A stretch of DNA of 32,000 nt from Phycisphaera mikurensis NBRC 102666 (GTDB taxonomy: Bacteria > Planctomycetota > Phycisphaerae > Phycisphaerales > Phycisphaeraceae), in contig NC_017080.1 in NCBI RefSeq assembly GCF_000284115.1, forward strand, positions 1,410,001 through 1,442,000. Direction: 5' to 3'. Position numbers and translations under genes: made by a program. Of the stretch, positions 26,989 through 32,000 are shown in pieces; the stretch's first letter is position 1, and the number at the start of each line of letters is the position of its first letter. The notes beneath the pieces are model-generated. The model worked only from the letters and a program-made list of their open reading frames with translations, was not told the DNA's origin and made no database searches.

Positions 26989-27693
26989 TCAGCCGGGCGC
27001 GTGCTCCGCCTCGGTGAAGTGCCGCCACGCGTGCACGACCGCGTCGGCGACGGCGTCGACGCCCTCGCCCTTGCGGACGGCGGTCATCAGGAACGGCCCC
27101 TCGTCCCGCATCGTGGCCGCGTCGTCGCGCATCACCGCCAGGTCGGCGCCGACGGCGTCGGCGAGGTCGATCTTGTTGATGACGAGCAGGTCGCTCTGGG
27201 TGATGCCCGGCCCGCCCTTGCGGGGCACCTTGTCGCCGCCGGCGACGTCGATCACGTAGATCGTGAAGTCGGCCAGCTCGCGGCTGAAGTGCGCGGCGAG
27301 GTTGTCGCCGCCGGACTCGCACAGCAGCAGCTCGGGGTGGTGGCGCTTGGTCAGCGACTCGAGCGCGAGCAGGTTGGGCGTTACGTCCTCGCGGATCGCG
27401 GTGTGCGGGCAGCCGCCGGTCTCGACCGCGGCGATGCGGTCGTGCGGGAGGGCGTCGTGGCGGACCAGGAACTCGGCGTCTTCGCGGGTGAAGATGTCGT
27501 TGGTCACGACGGCGAGCGAGAGCTTCTCCCGCAGCTTCAGGCACAGCGCGAGCACGAGCGCCGTCTTCCCGGAGCCGACGGGCCCGCCGATGCCGACGGT
27601 GAAGGCGCGTCGGGCGGTGTCGCGGCCGACGAGCGCGGCCTCGCGGTGGGCGAAGTGGCCGGGGTCGTCGGCGTGGTCGGCGGACATGTGCAT
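26989..27693 (-). CDS. ureG: Urease accessory GTPase UreG
   Basis: [99 protein letters not shown]. Confidence 0.97.
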   Translation of the reverse strand: MHMSADHADDPGHFAHREAALVGRDTARRAFTVGIGGPVGSGKTALVLALCLKLREKLSLAVVTNDIFTREDAEFLVRHDALPHDRIAAVETGGCPHTAIREDVTPNLLALESLTKRHHPELLLCESGGDNLAAHFSRELADFTIYVIDVAGGDKVPRKGGPGITQSDLLVINKIDLADAVGADLAVMRDDAATMRDEGPFLMTAVRKGEGVDAVADAVVHAWRHFTEAEHAPG

Positions 27694-27886
27694 GGATCAA
27701 TCCTCAAGCGGGTGTCGCGGCGGCAGCGGGCCGAGCCGTTGTAGCCCACCCGCCGCGGAGGAGCGGAAGCCTTCGAAGCGCAAGAGCGTGGAACAAAAGA
27801 TGAACGCCCCCAAAACCACCCCAGCCCCCACCCACCCCGCCGCCCTCCACAACGCCCCCCCCCACCCGCCCGCCCCCCCAGACCCT

Positions 27887-28004
27887 CCGCTTCCTCGCTC
27901 CCCCACTTCCCCACTTCTCCACTTCTCCGCTTCTCCGCTTCTCCACTTCTTCGCTTCCTCACTTCTTCGCTTCTTCGCTTGCCTCCGCGCAGCGGATCCC
28001 CCCC
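27887..28004. repeat. Low-complexity CTTCTYCGCTT tandem array with GC-rich flank, second copy of the 7.4-7.6 kb element
   Basis: Repeated units such as cttctccgcttctccgcttctccacttcttcgcttcctcacttcttcgcttcttcgctt followed by gcctccgcgcagcggatccccccc. The 7.5 kb copy has ...cttcttcgcttcc...gcctcccgcgcagcgggatgcccccc. Confidence 0.85.
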
Positions 28005-28008
28005 CCTC

Positions 28009-28683
28009 TCAACTCTGAAACAACTTCGAATACAGCCGCGGCTGCTCCCCGCTGAGCAGCGTGAGCAGGGGGCTCGTCGTGCAGACCTCCTCGAGCGAAC
28101 GGGCCAGGCTTCCGTCCGCCAGCGACTCCGCCTCGGCGGCGAGGCGGGCGAGGCGGGCCTGGGCGTCGAGCGGGCCGGCGATGCCGAGGCGGACGGCGGC
28201 GGAGAAGACCGTCCGGGCATCGGCGAAGAGGAAGGCCCGCGCAGCCTCCGATGCCCCGACGCCGGCGGCGGAGGTGACCAGCCCGAAGGCCACGGGCAGG
28301 TGGCCTCCGCCGGCGAGCGCGGCCTCCGCCTCCGCCACGCCGGGCAGGGCGAGCCCGCGGGCGGCGGCGAGCAGCCCGCCGCCGAGGCGGAGGCTCGCGC
28401 GGTGCGCGACCGCCTCGGCGGTGGCGGCCCCGCAGCGGGCATCCAGGTCGCGGAGCCGCGGGGGGTCGTCCGCGGCCCGCCCGGCGGCCCGGACGAAGAC
28501 CAGCGGGCCGGCGGCCAGGTCCCGGAAGCGTCGCCGCGCGAAGCGCTCCACGCCCGCCGCGTCCGCGACGCGGCCGGCCTGCGCCGCGGCCTCGAGCCCG
28601 CCGGAGTGGGCGAACCCGCCCGCGGGGAAGGCGCTGTCGATCACCTGCCAAAGGGTCCACGGGGCGGAGGAGGGGGCACCCAT
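28009..28683 (-). CDS. ureF: Urease accessory protein UreF
   Basis: LWQVIDSAFPAGGFAHSGGLEAAAQAGRV, HLPVAFGLVTSAAGV, and C-terminal TTSPLLTLLSGEQPRLYSKLFQS, with ureG downstream on the same strand. Confidence 0.92.
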   Translation of the reverse strand: MGAPSSAPWTLWQVIDSAFPAGGFAHSGGLEAAAQAGRVADAAGVERFARRRFRDLAAGPLVFVRAAGRAADDPPRLRDLDARCGAATAEAVAHRASLRLGGGLLAAARGLALPGVAEAEAALAGGGHLPVAFGLVTSAAGVGASEAARAFLFADARTVFSAAVRLGIAGPLDAQARLARLAAEAESLADGSLARSLEEVCTTSPLLTLLSGEQPRLYSKLFQS

Positions 28684-28935
28684 GGCTCCACCATGACCAC
28701 ACCGCGCGTCCGGTGCAAAGCAGGAAGCGTTGACGCAACGAAGCGGCCTGGTGCATGCTGAGCTACCACCTCTGGAGATTCTGCCTAATCCGGTTGCAAT
28801 GTTCCTGCCGCTGCTTATGATGCCGCGCGTCGCCGGGGTCGTGAAGATTGTTCACGGCCCGCACGCCCCGACGCGGCTACTGGCGACGTGTTCATTCCCG
28901 GGCCAGCTGGCTCAATCCTCACGGAGTTTCTGAAG

Positions 28936-29928
28936 ATGCGTGGAACCCTTTTCTGCACCCCTGCCCTGCTCTCCGCCGCTCTCCTGGCCGGCACCTCCGC
29001 CACCGCCCAGGCCGACGCGGACCTGCAGGACGAGTCGCTGATCGAACGCCTCGGCGGCCAGGCCACCCAGCAGAACCTCGATGCGCCCGGGCGGTCGAGC
29101 ACCCAGATGGTCGTGCCCGAGCCGATCGTGGACGAGACGACCATGGGCATCTCGGCTTCCGTCGGAGGGGCGTACAACACGCACTTCGTCTCCTACGGCT
29201 TCGACATCTGGGGCGCCGGCACCGACTTCGGCGACAACGCCACCTTCAACCCCACCTTCGACCTCGCGATCGACCTGGGCAGCGAGATCCTCGGCGAGGA
29301 CTTCGCCCCGCTGGTCGCCAGCTTCGGCATCTGGGCCGACATCAACAACAACGCGCCCGACACGATCGGCGGAGACCTCCAGGAGGTCGACTTCTACTAC
29401 GGCCTTGGCTCGGGCTACGGCGACTTCGCCTTCAGCGTCACCTACCAGCAGTGGATCTACGCCGGCGCCGTGGAGCAGGTGCTGGACCTGGGCATCGCCT
29501 ACGACGACAGCGGCCTCTGGGACAACGGCTTCGCCTTCAACCCCAGCGTGCTGATCCACAAGCGCCTCTCCGGCGCCAACGCCAACTTCACCGGGGAGGA
29601 CGGCGTCACCCCCCGCAGCTCCAACGGCTTCGCCTACCTGCTCGGCGTGGAGCCGGCCTTCGACATCATCGACAACGACGCCTTCCCGATGTCGCTGTCG
29701 ATCCCCGTGGTCGTGGCCTTCGGCGACGACGAGTTCTACACCGAGGCCGGCTTCGCCTACGTCTCGGTCGGCGCCCAGTTCGCGTTCCCGCTGAGCTTCA
29801 TCCCCGCCGACCTCGGCGAGTGGGGCGTCTCCGCCGGCGTCACCGGCTACTTCACCGACGAGGACGCCATCGGCAACGTCGACGACTCCTTCCTCACCGG
29901 CAACGTCGGCCTCTCGCTGGCCTTCTGA
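28936..29928 (+). CDS. Hypothetical exported protein, probably outer-membrane beta-barrel (TorF-type putative porin-like)
   Basis: Signal peptide from ATG 28936 (MRGTLFCTPALLSAALLAGTSATAQA). Alternating aromatic strands (VGGAYNTHFVSYGFDIWGAG, DFYYGLGSGYGDFAFSVTYQQWIYAG) and a terminal aromatic SLAF. Confidence 0.75.
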   Translation: MRGTLFCTPALLSAALLAGTSATAQADADLQDESLIERLGGQATQQNLDAPGRSSTQMVVPEPIVDETTMGISASVGGAYNTHFVSYGFDIWGAGTDFGDNATFNPTFDLAIDLGSEILGEDFAPLVASFGIWADINNNAPDTIGGDLQEVDFYYGLGSGYGDFAFSVTYQQWIYAGAVEQVLDLGIAYDDSGLWDNGFAFNPSVLIHKRLSGANANFTGEDGVTPRSSNGFAYLLGVEPAFDIIDNDAFPMSLSIPVVVAFGDDEFYTEAGFAYVSVGAQFAFPLSFIPADLGEWGVSAGVTGYFTDEDAIGNVDDSFLTGNVGLSLAF

Positions 29929-29940
29929 ACCAACGGCGAC

Positions 29941-29965
29941 GGCCCGCGTTCCACGCGCGCGGGCC
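29941..29965 (+). terminator. GC-rich hairpin downstream of the porin-like gene, possible terminator or processing site
   Basis: GGCCCGCG-ttccacgcg-CGCGGGCC, perfect 8-bp stem starting 12 nt after the stop codon. No clear U-tract follows. Confidence 0.45.
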
Positions 29966-30091
29966 TCATCGGGGTCGGCTTCCCACCGGGAGCCGGTCCT
30001 CTTTCCGACAGCCACCACGCTTCCCGGCCTCCTGGTCGGAGACTGTCCCGCGCGAAGACGGACCCGCGCAGAACCCCGGAACCCAGACTCC

Positions 30092-31378
30092 ATGCAACGC
30101 CGCCCCTTCCTCCGCCTCGCCGCCGCCGCGGCCCTCGCCCTGCCGTTCACCGGTGCCTTCGCGCCCCACGCCTCCGCGGAGGACGGCCCGAAGGTCAAGA
30201 TCGGCGTGCTCCACTCGCTCTCGGGAACGATGGCGATCTCGGAGACCTCCCTCCGCGACGTCGTGCTCATGGCCGCCGAGGAGATCAACGAGGCCGGCGG
30301 CGTCGAGGTCGGCGGGGAGTCTCACATGATCGAGCCGGTCGTCGTCGACCCCGCGTCGGACTGGCCGCTCTTCGCGGAGAAGGCCAAGGAGCTGATCGAC
30401 CAGGACGTCGCGGCGATCTTCGGCTGCTGGACCAGCGTGTCCCGCAAGTCGGTCCTCCCGGTGATCGAGGAGGAGAACGCGCTGCTGTTCTACCCCGTGC
30501 AGTACGAGGGCGAGGAGCAGAGCCTCAACGTCTTCTACACGGCGGCCTCGCCCAACCAGCAGCTCGTCCCGGCGGCGCAGTACGCGATCGACGAGCTGGG
30601 CAGCAAGAAGTTCTACCTGCTGGGCACCGACTACGTCTTCCCGCGGACGGCGAACAAGGTGCTCAAGGCGTTCCTGCTGAAGGAGGGCGTGCCCGAGGAG
30701 AACATCATGGAGGAGTACACGCCCTTCCACCACCAGGACTACCAGACGATCGTCTCGAAGATCAAGCAGTTCGGGGCGTCCGGTGACGCGGTCGTTCTCT
30801 CGACGATCAACGGCGACTCCAACGTGCCCTTCTACACCGAGTTCGCGAACCAGGGCCTCACCTCCAGCGACGTGCCGATCATCGCCTTCTCGGTCGCCGA
30901 GGACGAGCTCCGCTCGATGGACACCTCCAAGCTGGTCGGCCACCTCGCGGCGTGGAACTACTTCCAGTCGCTGCCCGGCGAAGCCAACGAGGCCTTCGTG
31001 GAGGCTTTCAAGGCGTACTGCCAGGAGAACAACCTGCCCGGCGGCGACGCCCGGGTGACCGGCGACCCGATCGAGGCCGCCTACTACGGCGTGTACGTCT
31101 GGAAGATGGCGGCCGAGAAGGCGGACAGCTTCGACGTGGACAAGGTGCGCGAAGCGGTCTATGGCATGGAGTTCGAGGCCCCCGGCGGCACGAAGAAGAT
31201 GCACGAGAGCAACCAGCACACCTACAAGCCCGTCTACATCGGCGAGATCCGCGCCGACGGGCAGTTCGACATCGTCTGGGAGTCCGACGGCCTGGTCGAG
31301 CCCGACAGCTACTCCAGCCTGCTGCACAGCCCCGAAGAGCTCGCCGCCATCGAGCCCACCGGCGGCCCGAAGAAGTGA
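30092..31378 (+). CDS. urtA: Urea ABC transporter substrate-binding protein
   Basis: KVKIGVLHSLSGTMAISETSLRDVVLMAAEEINEAGGV, AAIFGCWTSVSRKSVLPVIEEENALLFYPVQYEGEEQS, TDYVFPRTANKVLKAFL, GDPIEAAYYGVYVWKMAAEKA are characteristic of UrtA. Confidence 0.95.
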   Translation: MQRRPFLRLAAAAALALPFTGAFAPHASAEDGPKVKIGVLHSLSGTMAISETSLRDVVLMAAEEINEAGGVEVGGESHMIEPVVVDPASDWPLFAEKAKELIDQDVAAIFGCWTSVSRKSVLPVIEEENALLFYPVQYEGEEQSLNVFYTAASPNQQLVPAAQYAIDELGSKKFYLLGTDYVFPRTANKVLKAFLLKEGVPEENIMEEYTPFHHQDYQTIVSKIKQFGASGDAVVLSTINGDSNVPFYTEFANQGLTSSDVPIIAFSVAEDELRSMDTSKLVGHLAAWNYFQSLPGEANEAFVEAFKAYCQENNLPGGDARVTGDPIEAAYYGVYVWKMAAEKADSFDVDKVREAVYGMEFEAPGGTKKMHESNQHTYKPVYIGEIRADGQFDIVWESDGLVEPDSYSSLLHSPEELAAIEPTGGPKK

Positions 31379-31429
31379 GGCGCTACATGAGCCGCTCGCA
31401 CGGAAGCGCTCGGTGACCGCGCCTTTGAA

Positions 31430-31569
31430 CGAGCAGCGCTTCGCTTGAACACAGAGGGCACAGAGGCACAGAGGCACAGAGAGAGGCACAGGGCAAGGCG
31501 GAGAGAGTCCGCTCCCCCCTTGGGCCTCCGTGCCTCTTCTCCCTCCGTGTTTCAGAGAAGCGTTGCTCG
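31430..31569. repeat. Imperfect inverted repeat with internal CACAGAGG tandem units
   Basis: Arm 31430..31457 cgagcagcgcttcgcttgaacacagagg versus reverse complement of 31542..31569 cgagcaacgcttctctgaaacacggagg, 23/28 identities. Internal gggcacagaggcacagaggcacaga units. Confidence 0.8.
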
Positions 31570-31642
31570 GGATCACACCGAGGTGCACACGCTTCTTGGG
31601 ATGATCTGAACTTCTGCCACCGGGTCCATGCGCGACAGGGTC

Positions 31643-32000
31643 ATGAGAGTTCACCTTCCGCTGCTCATGGCGACGCTCCTCGCCCTGCCGATCGGGGCGC
31701 AGGAGAATCCGCGGACCGTGGGGGTTTCGGGCGAAAAGGAGGCACGGTCCGCGGATCTGATCGTGGGGCCGGGCGTGGCCGAGGTGCCGGAGTCAGCGGC
31801 GGCGGTTCCCGAAGCGGAGGAAGAGCAAGCCGACGCGGTGGGGCGGGTGATCCTGGCGGCGGTGCCGGAGCTGGGGGAGCGGAAGACGGCCGAGGACGCG
31901 GTCGATCGGCTCATCGGTCTCAAGGACGTCCGCGTGAAGCGGCTGTTCGAGCGGCTGGTGGCCTCGGAGGTCTACGAGCGCGGCGACGAAGCCGGAATCG
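31643..32000 (+). CDS. urtB: Probable urea ABC transporter permease UrtB, N-terminal fragment truncated by window edge
   Basis: Open frame from ATG 31643 to window end. Signal-like MRVHLPLLMATLLALPIGAQ, then AVDRLIGLKDVRVKRLFERLVASEVYERGDEAG, resembling the soluble N-terminal region of bacterial UrtB; directly downstream of urtA. Confidence 0.65.
   Translation, partial: MRVHLPLLMATLLALPIGAQENPRTVGVSGEKEARSADLIVGPGVAEVPESAAAVPEAEEEQADAVGRVILAAVPELGERKTAEDAVDRLIGLKDVRVKRLFERLVASEVYERGDEAGI

Noticed and set aside
27887-27980. Possible CRISPR array or coding tandem repeat
   Set aside because: Short simple-sequence units without spacers. Overlapping ORFs are low complexity.
30960-31448. Small + strand ORFs overlapping the urtA 3' end (30952..31416, 31161..31448)
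   Set aside because: Out-of-frame shadows of urtA. No start or domain evidence.

Overview
High-GC bacterial chromosomal window with Planctomycete/Phycisphaera-like content (taxonomy is inferred from gene content, not proven). It is mostly housekeeping and metabolic genes. On the + strand: a hypothetical exported protein, a small membrane protein and an ORF with an unresolved 3' end, then alaS, a possible Fe(II)/2OG-like protein and pheA (chorismate mutase/prephenate dehydratase). These are followed by an LpxR-like outer membrane protein (-), a glutamine-dependent NAD+ synthetase (+) and a PEP-CTERM putative metalloprotease (-). A long minus-strand run reads MoxR ATPase, DUF58, BatA/VWA, VWA, large membrane protein, DUF4159-like protein, a LarC C-terminal-domain-only protein, and a small membrane protein. 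Next are a polar amino-acid ABC transporter (ATPase, permease, binding protein), a lipoprotein, ureG and ureF (-). On the + strand these are followed by a beta-barrel-like exported protein, urtA and the start of a probable urtB, cut by the window edge. No rRNA, CRISPR array, transposase, prophage or recognisable defence system was seen, and no tRNA was recognised by eye. The most interesting non-coding signals are dispersed low-complexity inverted repeats next to stop codons (7.4-7.6 kb and 27.9-28.0 kb), a perfect 20-bp inverted repeat between moxR and DUF58, and an imperfect inverted repeat between urtA and the probable urtB. The most interesting gene-level observations are the standalone LarC2-like protein in a MoxR/VWA cluster, the open-ended ORF before alaS, and the porin-like gene next to the urea transporter. 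I found no convincing undescribed multi-gene system.
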